Below, in pieces: positions 22,815-30,998 of a stretch of DNA of 64,000 nt. Within the stretch, counting starts at the first letter, position 1, and every line of letters begins with the position of its first letter. A model generated the notes under the pieces. The model made no database searches. It was not told the origin of the DNA and saw nothing but the letters and a program-made list of their open reading frames with translations. A program made the position numbers and the translations under genes. This DNA comes from an uncultured Candidatus Saccharibacteria bacterium (GTDB taxonomy: Bacteria; Patescibacteriota; 4484-211; JAGQKX01), in NCBI GenBank assembly GCA_964392315.1, contig CAYMOT010000001.1, positions 9,042 through 73,041 of the forward strand, read 5' to 3'.

Positions 22815-23741
22815 ATGCTCAACGTCGTCTTATTTGGCACCTCACCCTACATAGAACCGATTCTTAAAACACTTATTGAAAGCAAAGTCGTAAACCTAAG
22901 CCTGTTTGTTACAAAACCAGACCTCACGCATTTTTCATCATTGGTGGAAGAACAGAAAATTCCAATATACACAGCTGCTGCTTACACCCAGGAATCGACG
23001 AAGACCCTCCTCGGTTTATTGCAAAAACACGCTATCGACATCGGTGTTGTCGCAGACTACGGCCTGATGATTCCCGAATCTATTATAAAAACGCCGAAAT
23101 ACGGACTTATAAATATTCACTTCAGCATGTTGCCTGAGTTTCGTGGAGCTTGTCCCGTGCAATACACGATACTTCATGGAAAAGAGAACGCTGCGTTTTC
23201 CATAATCGAAATGCTCCCCGACGATACCCCTCATGTAGATAGCGGAAAGATTCTGTATCAGAAAGAATTCCCTCTCGCGGGAACTGAAACCACCGAGAGC
23301 CTTTACACCGAACTTTTTATTAAGGCATCACAAGATCTCGAACGCATTATCAGTGATTATGCAGCAGGAAACATTGCACCGACCGCCCAGGATCATGCAC
23401 AAGCAACGTACACCACTCCATCGGGCAAGTTTGACCGAACGACGCTTCTAAAAAAGGAAGACGCATACATTACCTCGGAAGATCCCGATATCTATATCTA
23501 TCGGGCAATCAGAGCATTCACCCCCTGGCCGCGAGCCTATACCACACTTGGCGAATTAGTGCAGATTGCGCAACGTTTTGATCCAAACATTACAAAAGTA
23601 CAAGACAAGAAAGATCCGAATATACGGGTGCAGCTTTTAGGAGGTCATTTAGAAAAAGACCAACTCATATTAGATCACGTACAAGCAGATGGAAAAAAAC
23701 CTACGTTATGGAAAGAATTCAAAAACGGGTATTTTGAATGA
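22815..23741 (+). CDS. fmt: methionyl-tRNA formyltransferase
   Basis: The formyltransferase N-domain ...INIHFSMLPEFRGACPVQYTILHG... is followed by a C-terminal domain. Forms the conserved def-fmt pair. Confidence 0.85.
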   Translation: MLNVVLFGTSPYIEPILKTLIESKVVNLSLFVTKPDLTHFSSLVEEQKIPIYTAAAYTQESTKTLLGLLQKHAIDIGVVADYGLMIPESIIKTPKYGLINIHFSMLPEFRGACPVQYTILHGKENAAFSIIEMLPDDTPHVDSGKILYQKEFPLAGTETTESLYTELFIKASQDLERIISDYAAGNIAPTAQDHAQATYTTPSGKFDRTTLLKKEDAYITSEDPDIYIYRAIRAFTPWPRAYTTLGELVQIAQRFDPNITKVQDKKDPNIRVQLLGGHLEKDQLILDHVQADGKKPTLWKEFKNGYFE

Positions 23742-23785
23742 GTTCATGAACAAACCACGGGCGGATCGTTACGCGAAGAGATATT

Positions 23786-24013
23786 TTATGAAAATCTCGC
23801 AGCTATCTGTTGTGAGGACATGCCACTTTCACGCAGTTTTTTAATCGTCTTAATGTTGCTGGTTGAGGCAAAATAGGTAACGCCATCGATTGTAACTTTT
23901 TGCATATTTGGGTTTTGGAATCGACCAGTACGCTTTGGAACACGACGTCCTATGAGGCGTGGCACCCAATTTCCGCGAAGTCTTTTTGTGTTGATGTGTA
24001 TTTTGAGTCTCAT
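23786..24013 (-). CDS. rpmB: 50S ribosomal protein L28 (putative; start uncertain)
   Basis: ...RRVPKRTGRFQNPNMQKVTIDG... resembles the bL28 signature ...KRRFLPNLq.... Size is 75 aa. Confidence 0.5.
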   Translation of the reverse strand: MRLKIHINTKRLRGNWVPRLIGRRVPKRTGRFQNPNMQKVTIDGVTYFASTSNIKTIKKLRESGMSSQQIAARFS

Positions 24014-24062
24014 AATTCCTAGTGCTCACATATTATATACAAATTGCCTTATTAAGCAATAC

Positions 24063-24138
24063 TGGAGCCGCTGTCCGGGATTGAACCGGAGACCTCGTCC
24101 TTACCATGGACGCGCTCTGCCAACTGAGCTACAACGGC
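24063..24138 (-). tRNA. tRNA-Thr (anticodon GGU)
   Basis: Hand-folded cloverleaf: acceptor GCCGTTG/CAGCGGC, D-arm GCTC-AGTTGGCA-GAGC, anticodon arm CGTCC-AUGGUAA-GGACG, T-arm TCCGG-TTCAATC-CCGGA. CCA is encoded. Confidence 0.8.
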
Positions 24139-24211
24139 GGGCGTGAATCCAATCTCAAACATTTCCAAACTGGCTCATCGCATTTAAATCCCGGAGCGAT
24201 TTATCACGCGA

Positions 24212-24298
24212 TGGTGCCGAGGGTAGGACTCGAACCTACGAAGGCATATTGCCAACAGATTTACAGTCTGCTCCGTTTGACCACTTCGGTACCTCGGC
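24212..24298 (-). tRNA. tRNA-Tyr (anticodon GUA), long variable arm
   Basis: Acceptor GCCGAGG/CCTCGGC, anticodon stem CAGA/TCTG with loop CUGUAAA, long variable arm, T-arm TAGG-TTCGAGT-CCTA. CCA is encoded. Confidence 0.8.
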
Positions 24299-24407
24299 CC
24301 AAGATAATTTCGCTATTACGGTGAGTTACTGAACCCCATCTTACCAGGGCAAGAACTAATTACTACTCTCTATCCTGAGAAAAGAAATATGAAGACATTC
24401 ATATTTC

Positions 24408-24482
24408 TGGAGCCGGAGAGAGGGATCGAACCTCCAACCTAGTGTTTACAAAACACTTGCTCTGCCATTGAGCTACTCCGGC
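24408..24482 (-). tRNA. tRNA-Thr (anticodon UGU)
   Basis: Acceptor GCCGGAG/CTCCGGC, D-arm GCTC-AATGGCA-GAGC, anticodon arm AGTGT-UUUGUAA-ACACT, T-arm GGAGG-TTCGATC-CCTCT. CCA is encoded. Confidence 0.8.
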
Positions 24483-24530
24483 ATATCGGCATTATAAAGG
24501 TTGGAAAAGCAAAAATGAAGTCTATAAACG

Positions 24531-24559
24531 AAAAAACCCGACAAATGTCGGGATTTTCG
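24531..24559. terminator. hairpin (CCCGAC-AAAT-GTCGGG) flanked by an A-tract and a T-tract; intrinsic-terminator-like, possibly bidirectional
   Basis: aaaaaaCCCGACaaatGTCGGGattttcg. On the minus strand the stem is followed by TTTTTTCGTTT. Confidence 0.35.
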
Positions 24560-24836
24560 TGGATTAGCGGCTCGACAGCTGCACAGGGCAGCGATAATTC
24601 CATCCCACTGTGCCGGTTAAAAAACTCATTATGTTATCCACCCGCTAAACTCCAGGTGAGGAACCTCAGAATGTTTCTTTCGAAGCAATCGATTCAGTTC
24701 CTTAATATGTTAAGTGTCGAGTTTAACAAATCTGAGCATCTCGAACACAGTAGGAAACTGATACCAGATTACACTCTTTTCCATATAGTGTCAAACCCGC
24801 ATTAGCTTGATATATAGACACAATTGCAAAATGACC

Positions 24837-24864
24837 TTGTTTTCTGAATAAATATGGATATAAT
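24837..24864 (+). promoter_or_regulatory. candidate sigma70-like promoter for rpmG (TTGTTT-N16-TATAAT)
   Basis: TTGTTT at 24837-24842 and TATAAT at 24859-24864, 19 nt upstream of the rpmG ATG. Confidence 0.4.
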
Positions 24865-24883
24865 TGTCGAGTACCGACTCTAT

Positions 24884-25054
24884 ATGGCAAAAGACAGACG
24901 CGAAAAATTTAATATGGTGTGTCAGAACTGCGGCGAATACAACTATTCTATTACCAATGTTCGCACAAACGATCCAGTTGAGCACAACAAGTATTGCCCA
25001 CGCTGCAATCAGCACACCCCGCACAAACAGAAAAAAATCCCAAGCGGACGATAG
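24884..25054 (+). CDS. rpmG: 50S ribosomal protein L33 (zinc-ribbon form)
   Basis: MAKDRREKFNMVCQNCGEYNYSITNVRTNDPVEHNKYCPRCNQHTPHKQKKI carries the CxxC...CxxC bL33 pattern. It sits in the conserved rpmG-tRNA-Trp-secE-nusG context. Confidence 0.8.
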   Translation: MAKDRREKFNMVCQNCGEYNYSITNVRTNDPVEHNKYCPRCNQHTPHKQKKIPSGR

Positions 25055-25126
25055 GTAGCACAACCCCCCTACTTTCATTTATAATTCATTTGCATCTTGG
25101 TTTGTTGGATTATTGTCTATTGTTTT

Positions 25127-25201
25127 ACGGCTGTCGGTTAATTGGCAAACCACGGGTCTCCAAAACCCGGACTGCAGGTTCGAGCCCTGCCAGCCGTGCC
25201 A
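25127..25201 (+). tRNA. tRNA-Trp (anticodon CCA)
   Basis: Acceptor ACGGCTG/CAGCCGT, D-arm GGTT-AATTGGCA-AACC, anticodon arm CGGGT-CUCCAAA-ACCCG, T-arm GCAGG-TTCGAGC-CCTGC. CCA is encoded. Confidence 0.8.
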
Positions 25202-25207
25202 GCACTT

Positions 25208-26074
25208 TCACGAGAGAGCAGCTTCGATCTTCTGTGCCACAGCGTGTAGCTGCTGTATATGAACCTCAGAGAGATTAACATCGTCCAGGCTAGTTCGTTC
25301 AATTCCGTTTTTACCAATAACACAGGGCAAACCAATAGCTACATCTGAACACCCGAACTCTCCATGGGTCATGACCCCAACAGGTAACACGGTCTTTTCG
25401 TCATGAACTATTGCAGAAATCAGCCGCACAATTGCTACCGCCGGGGCAAACATCGTAGACCGATTTCCAAGTAGGCGCACAATATTTTTCGCGCTAAACA
25501 CCACCTCGTGTTCCACACGTTCGTCGTGACCTCCAAGCAACATCATACTATCACCATGCTCCCCTACTACCAGTGCATCTGTCGTTCCTGAATAATATTG
25601 AAACCTCAGCGTATCAAGGATATTTCCAAAACCAATAATCTTTTGTTCTGCAAAGTGTGTGTTCCGGTGTACCCATGTCGTCAGTATATCAACAGGATTG
25701 GTTACAATTACGACAACTGCCTCAGGTGCATGTTCATGAAGAAGAGGAAAAATATCAGAGAATATTTTCAGATTGGTCTCTAGTAATTGATCACGGGAAT
25801 AGTGTTGGTCTTTTGGAATAGAAGCGCCTGCTACACCTGCAGTTACAATAACGATGTCACTATCTTTTGTATCGGCATAATCATACGAGCCGGTTATTTC
25901 TATGTCTCGTCCTTCTGATCCAAGACTATGTAAGATATCAAGCGCACGCCCCTGCGCCACCTCGGCGCGAATATCAAGCAATGCGAGAGATCGAGCAAGA
26001 CCTTTATGTGCTGCAAGAAATGCCACCTGCGAACCTACATCCCCTGCACCAATAAAAGAAATTTTCGAGACCAT
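25208..26074 (-). CDS. L-lactate/malate dehydrogenase family NAD-dependent oxidoreductase
   Basis: MVSKISFIGAGDVGSQVAF... is the Rossmann GxGxxG region. Also ...IVTNPVD... and ...GEHGDSMM.... Length 288 aa. Confidence 0.7.
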   Translation of the reverse strand: MVSKISFIGAGDVGSQVAFLAAHKGLARSLALLDIRAEVAQGRALDILHSLGSEGRDIEITGSYDYADTKDSDIVIVTAGVAGASIPKDQHYSRDQLLETNLKIFSDIFPLLHEHAPEAVVVIVTNPVDILTTWVHRNTHFAEQKIIGFGNILDTLRFQYYSGTTDALVVGEHGDSMMLLGGHDERVEHEVVFSAKNIVRLLGNRSTMFAPAVAIVRLISAIVHDEKTVLPVGVMTHGEFGCSDVAIGLPCVIGKNGIERTSLDDVNLSEVHIQQLHAVAQKIEAALS

Positions 26075-26188
26075 AGTTTACCTATTGTACTTTACTGGAC
26101 AAGTCGCAAATATGTGTCAATCTAATCGTTATATCAGGGATTTAATGAACGACAATTTTTAATGCAAACAGCAATTGTGATGATGTTC

Positions 26189-28930
26189 CTACTCCAGCGC
26201 CGCGCGGACTTTGATTTCTGCTTCGACCACTTCCCTATCTCGACCAAACCGCAGACGTGAAAGTTCCCGCACCATTCCGGCAAGTTCATCATTACGGGTC
26301 ACCGATTTCCAACGGGGATAGTCTGAATACATCGAAAACGGCGTCGACGGCTGACCATTGATGAGAAGCTTCACGTATGCATTACCAATCGTGAGGTTCA
26401 TGATGTCATGTGCGACAAATGTCGGACCAAAGTGGCTTTCTAAGTATTGTGCGTCATCTGAACCTGAGCGAAGGGTAACCATACTCCCCACGTTTCCGAA
26501 TACCGCATCCCTGATTTTTTCATCGATTTGCGAAATAAACTGGTTCGCTACCGTGAGTGACAGTCTGAATTTACGCGCTTCGGACAAAATTTGCGCAAAG
26601 TCCGGCGTTGAGAAGTTCTGAAACTCATCAACGTACAAATAAAAGTCCCGCCGCTCCTCCATCGGCATATCAGCACGTGACATCGCGGCAATGAGAATAC
26701 GAGGGACTAATATTAATCCCAAAAACTGGCTGTTTTCATCTCCTAATTTCCCTTTTGCTAAGTTTACGAGAAGTATCTTTCCATCGTCCATGATCCTTCT
26801 GAAATTAAACGCAGATTGGCTTTGGCCGATGATATTGCGCATGCGTTTTTCGGTGACAAACCGGTCAAATTTTGACACGAAGTAACCCAATGTTTCTGAT
26901 TTATGAAAGTCGCTTGTTTGCGCAATTTCTTTTGTCCAATAATCTCTGACTAATGGATCATCAATGATATCGAGCTTGGTTTTAACGAACTCTGGATCGA
27001 TTAAGAGACGCAGAACCTCAATCATTGAGTTCCCTGGCTCAGCCATTGCCGTGAGCATCACGTTGCGTACTGCACGCTCAAGCCGCGGTCCAATAATACC
27101 GGAGTGGTTTGGATCGTATAACTTGTACAAAAGTCCGATAAACGAGTTGACCGCCATGTGTTTCCCTTGCTCGTTTTCCGCTTCAAGAATATTGAGACCC
27201 ATTGGCCGATCATCATCAGCGGGGTCAAAATAAATAACATCTTCAGCACGCTCTTTTGGCACAATCCGAAGAAGCTCTTCTACCGCGTCACCGTGTGGAT
27301 CAATAAATGCTAAACCTTTGCCATTTAGTATGTCTTGTGCGGCAAGTGACATCATAAATTCTGACTTACCGGTACCAGTCTGTCCCAAAATATACAAGTG
27401 CCTACGCCTATCATCATCCCTGAGAAAGATCTCTCGTTTGACACCACGGAATTCTGAATACCCCATATACAAACCTTCTGTCGGTAAATTCGACGGCGGC
27501 TCAGATCGTTTGAATAATAACCATTTAATCTTAGGCGTCTGGACGTTTTTGTTGGGAAAATGCAAAATCGTCGCTAGCTCCTCAACATTAAGAATGCTTT
27601 GATTATTAAATGGTGGAAAGTAGCGATACAAAAAATCAACGACAAAGGACCTATGAAAATTTGATAAGATTCCACCCTTCTTAGAAAACCCGGCAAGATG
27701 CGGGTTGGCAAATTGTTGAAACGTCCCAACGATATTATCCAAGTTTAGCTTTGCCTTCTCATCAGTGTCTGCTACTGATACAACACGAATTATTACCCCA
27801 AGCCCGAGCTTGGTAATTTTCTTCTTTATCCCTTCCATTTTTTCAGAGTCAATTTGCTTGGGTGACTCCCCTTCTTTGGGAGGCCGTTCTTGAGAACGAA
27901 TATAACTTTTGCCCTTGTTGATCCAACTCTTGCTAACCGGTGAAATAACAAATTGGACAATAGCTTCCTCCCCTGGACCCAACTTGCTTAAGGAACTCGT
28001 TATCAAACTCATTCCATCGCTCTTTAACTCTTCGTGAGATTTAATTGCATAATATGCGGGACCAGAGACCCGTAACTCAGCATATGCAACTTTTCCTTCT
28101 TTTTCGAATATGTTGTATTCAGGGACTTCGGTAATTTCGGCAATGGGATAGGCACCATGTATTTGCTTCTCCATAAACTCTGCCATCTTGGCATCTACAC
28201 CGACAATAAATTTAATGACACTCTCGTCCGCCACGATTTCAAAAGAAAACGATGTTTGGCTATCATATATGCTCCCTATGCTCAGCTTTTCCCCGAGCAC
28301 TGGGATATCTTGTATGAATGACCCTTTGTACAAGCTGGTTAAATTAGAAAAAAGTGATTCAGCAGCCCCAATTTCAATCTCATTGTCCTTTGGAATAAGG
28401 ACTTCAAAAAACTTCATCTGAAGCGATGCTCTCTCTCTCGTTTTGTACTTATCAGGATGAAGCTTTTTGACATGCCGTTCGACAAAACTACTCAACCATC
28501 TAACCGCAGTATGTACGGGGGATTTGAGGCCTTTTGTATAATCCTCAGGCGTCAGTTCAACCTTGAGATCTTTAATGACTTCTTCTACTTCATGCAGTTG
28601 CTGTGTTTCTTTTGTTACGGGGACAGGTACAGCTTCAGGTGCCGACTGCTCATGAGTTTGATTAAGCATTTCAACGGATGATTGAGGCTTCTCTACTGGC
28701 TGGTCTACCGTCTTGATACGTATAGTTTCTATCTGTGCTTGGGTTTCGCTCTTTCTTTCTGCTTCTTTCTGTAGTTGTTCAAGCTTTTCTTCTTGCTGTT
28801 GAGAAGGCACTTCTTGTTTGCGAGCCGGAGCCATCAGGTCACGCAAACGTTTCTGATACTCTTCAGGAGATAATGGTCGCACGGGGGTAGATGATTGAAA
28901 TGTCGCTCCAGAGTCATTCTTATTGGGCAT
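26189..28930 (-). CDS. soluble type-IV-secretion-type P-loop ATPase (VirD4/TraG/TraD coupling-protein-like or VirB4-like) with a ~480-aa N-terminal region of unknown function
   Basis: 913 aa with no TM helices. Walker A ...LYILGQTGTGKSEF... is followed by ...FIDPHGDAVEE.... Walker B ...FYLYVDEFQNF..., then ...RKFRLSLTVANQFISQI...FGNVGSMVTLRSGSDDAQYLE..., matches the T4CP/VirB4 C-terminal pattern. Confidence 0.55.
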   Translation of the reverse strand: MPNKNDSGATFQSSTPVRPLSPEEYQKRLRDLMAPARKQEVPSQQQEEKLEQLQKEAERKSETQAQIETIRIKTVDQPVEKPQSSVEMLNQTHEQSAPEAVPVPVTKETQQLHEVEEVIKDLKVELTPEDYTKGLKSPVHTAVRWLSSFVERHVKKLHPDKYKTRERASLQMKFFEVLIPKDNEIEIGAAESLFSNLTSLYKGSFIQDIPVLGEKLSIGSIYDSQTSFSFEIVADESVIKFIVGVDAKMAEFMEKQIHGAYPIAEITEVPEYNIFEKEGKVAYAELRVSGPAYYAIKSHEELKSDGMSLITSSLSKLGPGEEAIVQFVISPVSKSWINKGKSYIRSQERPPKEGESPKQIDSEKMEGIKKKITKLGLGVIIRVVSVADTDEKAKLNLDNIVGTFQQFANPHLAGFSKKGGILSNFHRSFVVDFLYRYFPPFNNQSILNVEELATILHFPNKNVQTPKIKWLLFKRSEPPSNLPTEGLYMGYSEFRGVKREIFLRDDDRRRHLYILGQTGTGKSEFMMSLAAQDILNGKGLAFIDPHGDAVEELLRIVPKERAEDVIYFDPADDDRPMGLNILEAENEQGKHMAVNSFIGLLYKLYDPNHSGIIGPRLERAVRNVMLTAMAEPGNSMIEVLRLLIDPEFVKTKLDIIDDPLVRDYWTKEIAQTSDFHKSETLGYFVSKFDRFVTEKRMRNIIGQSQSAFNFRRIMDDGKILLVNLAKGKLGDENSQFLGLILVPRILIAAMSRADMPMEERRDFYLYVDEFQNFSTPDFAQILSEARKFRLSLTVANQFISQIDEKIRDAVFGNVGSMVTLRSGSDDAQYLESHFGPTFVAHDIMNLTIGNAYVKLLINGQPSTPFSMYSDYPRWKSVTRNDELAGMVRELSRLRFGRDREVVEAEIKVRAALE

Positions 28931-28952
28931 GTGAATAGGTCAAGAATATCCA

Positions 28953-29013
28953 AATAAGCAAATATCAAATTCATTGGCGTATTTGCTTATTCGTATATTT
29001 GCTTCTTAATTTT
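28953..29013. promoter_or_regulatory. inverted repeat AATAAGCAAAT-N17-ATTTGCTTATT plus TATATTTGCTTCTTAATTTT, in the divergent region upstream of secE
   Basis: Read directly. The same ATTTGCTTATT-type element recurs upstream of rplJ, of tRNA-Pro/tRNA-Arg and of the 23S rRNA. Confidence 0.35.
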
Positions 29014-29033
29014 AGTATATCCGTTCCAAACTA

Positions 29034-29062
29034 TTGATACAATTGGGTTTTGTTGCTAAAAT
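29034..29062 (+). promoter_or_regulatory. candidate sigma70-like promoter TTGATA-N17-TAAAAT immediately upstream of secE
   Basis: TTGATA at 29034-29039 and TAAAAT at 29057-29062. The -10 lies only ~6 nt from the annotated ATG, so the transcript is either leaderless or the real start codon is an internal Met. Confidence 0.3.
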
Positions 29063-29068
29063 TGGGTC

Positions 29069-29251
29069 GTGTTTAACAAAGTACGATCGTTTTTACAGAA
29101 TGTGCTTATAGAAATGCGCTTGGTGCATTGGCCCAATCGCACCCGATCTATGAGAATGACCGTTGTTATTTTGGTCATGTGTGTTATTCTAGGCGCATAT
29201 ATTGGCATAATTGACTACGGTTTGACTCGACTTATCACTATACTCATCTAA
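29069..29251 (+). CDS. secE: preprotein translocase subunit SecE
   Basis: 60 aa. ...EMRLVHWPNRTRSMRMTVVILVMCVILGAYIGIID... matches the short SecE form (..EMKKVSWP...). Directly precedes nusG. Confidence 0.8.
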   Translation: MFNKVRSFLQNVLIEMRLVHWPNRTRSMRMTVVILVMCVILGAYIGIIDYGLTRLITILI

Positions 29252-29269
29252 ATGATATAGCGACGCAGT

Positions 29270-29815
29270 ATGACTTTGACAAAAGGCTCCAACGAACCAC
29301 GTTGGTATGTGGTGCATACGTACAGTGGCCACGAAAATAAAGTAAAAGTAAATTTAGAAAGCCGTATTCACCTCTTTGGTGTTGCGGATCAAATTGCAGA
29401 GGTGTTTGTGCCAACGCAAGAAAAAATCGAGATACGCGACGGCAAAAAGACTGAAATAACCGAGCGGATCTTTCCCGGTTATATTTTGGTAAAAATGATT
29501 CTCGATGACCGTACCTGGTCGGTTGTCCAGCACACCCCTGGCGTCACTGCATTTGTGGGTACAACTCAGCGGCCAAAGCCTATTTCTGATGAGGAAGTAG
29601 AAGGAATTCGACGATTCTCACAACAAGAAGCTCCACAGTATAAAGCGAAGTTCTCTGTTGGTGAAGCCCTTAAGATTATCGATGGACCGTTTGCGGATTT
29701 TATCGGAACCGTTGACTCTATAGACGAAGATAAAGGGAAACTACAAATCCTTGTTTCAATTTTTGGACGCGAAACACCAGTTGAACTTGACTTTTTACAG
29801 GTAAGCAAACTGTAA
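29270..29815 (+). CDS. nusG: transcription termination/antitermination factor NusG
   Basis: NGN domain ...RWYVVHTYSGHENKV...FPGYILVKM.... C-terminal KOW ...FSVGEALKIIDGPFADFIGTV.... Confidence 0.9.
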   Translation: MTLTKGSNEPRWYVVHTYSGHENKVKVNLESRIHLFGVADQIAEVFVPTQEKIEIRDGKKTEITERIFPGYILVKMILDDRTWSVVQHTPGVTAFVGTTQRPKPISDEEVEGIRRFSQQEAPQYKAKFSVGEALKIIDGPFADFIGTVDSIDEDKGKLQILVSIFGRETPVELDFLQVSKL

Positions 29816-29869
29816 TCCATTGACAACACGCAGATAAACAACTATATACAGTTGGATAATTTTTGAATT

Positions 29870-30295
29870 ATGGCAAAGAAATTAAAGACGACATTAAAAT
29901 TAAATTTGACCGCTGGACAAGCGAATCCAGGACCCCCACTCGGTCCGACACTCGCGCAACATCGCGTAAACCTCATGGAATTCGTCACTGCGTATAACGA
30001 GAAAACACGTGATCGAATGGGTGAACAAGTACCCGCATTGGTAAGTGTGTATGAAGATGGGTCCTTTTCTTTTGAATTACGAAAAGCTCCTGCGGGCGCA
30101 CTTTTGCTAAAAGCACTGCGCAAGGACGCTGGATCAGGTGAACCGAACAAAAAAAAGATTGGTAAATTAACAAAAAAGGATCTAGTACCATTAGCAGAAG
30201 AGAAAATGGAAGACCTCAACGCGAAGACAATAGATGCCGCGGTGAATACACTCGCTGGCACCGCCCGCTCGATGGGTATTGACGTGACAGAGTAA
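29870..30295 (+). CDS. rplK: 50S ribosomal protein L11
   Basis: MAKKLKTTLKLNLTAGQANPGPPLGPTLAQHRVNLMEF... is canonical uL11. Confidence 0.9.
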   Translation: MAKKLKTTLKLNLTAGQANPGPPLGPTLAQHRVNLMEFVTAYNEKTRDRMGEQVPALVSVYEDGSFSFELRKAPAGALLLKALRKDAGSGEPNKKKIGKLTKKDLVPLAEEKMEDLNAKTIDAAVNTLAGTARSMGIDVTE

Positions 30296-30372
30296 AATTA
30301 ATAAACAAATATACAAATAAGCAAATTTCAAAATAATTGGACATTTGCATATTGGTTTATTTGCTTATTAAA
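30296..30372. promoter_or_regulatory. inverted AT-rich element (AATAAGCAAAT ... ATTTGCATATT ... ATTTGCTTATT) in the rplK-rplJ spacer; candidate internal promoter or L10-leader region
   Basis: Read directly. The motif family is shared with sites at 28953-29013, 40595-40630 and 63903-63957. Confidence 0.35.
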
Positions 30373-30438
30373 CTTTTGTTCCAATGACCGTGAGGGATCC
30401 GACTACACGTCGAGATTTAAATATCCTCCGCAGGACGT

Positions 30439-30963
30439 ATGCCGAACCAAAAGAAAGAAGATACCATTACATCAATCCGTGAAAAGCTCTCCACGTCAGA
30501 GGCGGTAGTATTCTCTGATTATCGCGGTTTATCAGCAACCAAAGTTGAAAAGCTTCGTAATATCCTCCAAGAAAAAGGCGGTTCCTACCATATTTTCAAG
30601 AACACATTAATTAAACTTGCACTTGAACGAGAAGGTTATCCGCAACTTGATGATTCAACTCTTGAAGGTCCTACCGCCATGCTCTTTGCACATACAGAGC
30701 CTGCTGAAATTCTCAAAGCATTACACGAGTTTAGTAGCGAAAATGAGCTGCCTGTCATTAAAAGCGGCTATTTTGGTAAAGATATTATCACCCCTGACAA
30801 AGTAAAGAGTATTGCAAATTTGCCACCGCTACCTATACTTCATGCGCAATTGGTTGGCCAGCTCAATGCACCTATTTCTCAGTTTGTCTATCAATTAAAT
30901 GGAATGCTTTCAAAACTCGTCTGGACATTACAGGCAGTTAAGGAAGCAAAAGAGACACAATAA
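30439..30963 (+). CDS. rplJ: 50S ribosomal protein L10
   Basis: ...[30 protein letters not shown]... is the canonical uL10 N-terminus. Upstream of rplL. Confidence 0.85.
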   Translation: MPNQKKEDTITSIREKLSTSEAVVFSDYRGLSATKVEKLRNILQEKGGSYHIFKNTLIKLALEREGYPQLDDSTLEGPTAMLFAHTEPAEILKALHEFSSENELPVIKSGYFGKDIITPDKVKSIANLPPLPILHAQLVGQLNAPISQFVYQLNGMLSKLVWTLQAVKEAKETQ

Positions 30964-30998
30964 GAGCATATTCTTATTACTCTTACCTTGGAGGTGAA

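Noticed and set aside
24515-24805. 96-aa plus-strand ORF in the tRNA-rpmG spacer
   Set aside because: Low-complexity composition with no motif, and it would contain the strong hairpin at 24531-24559. More likely non-coding, so it is kept only as part of the spacer finding.
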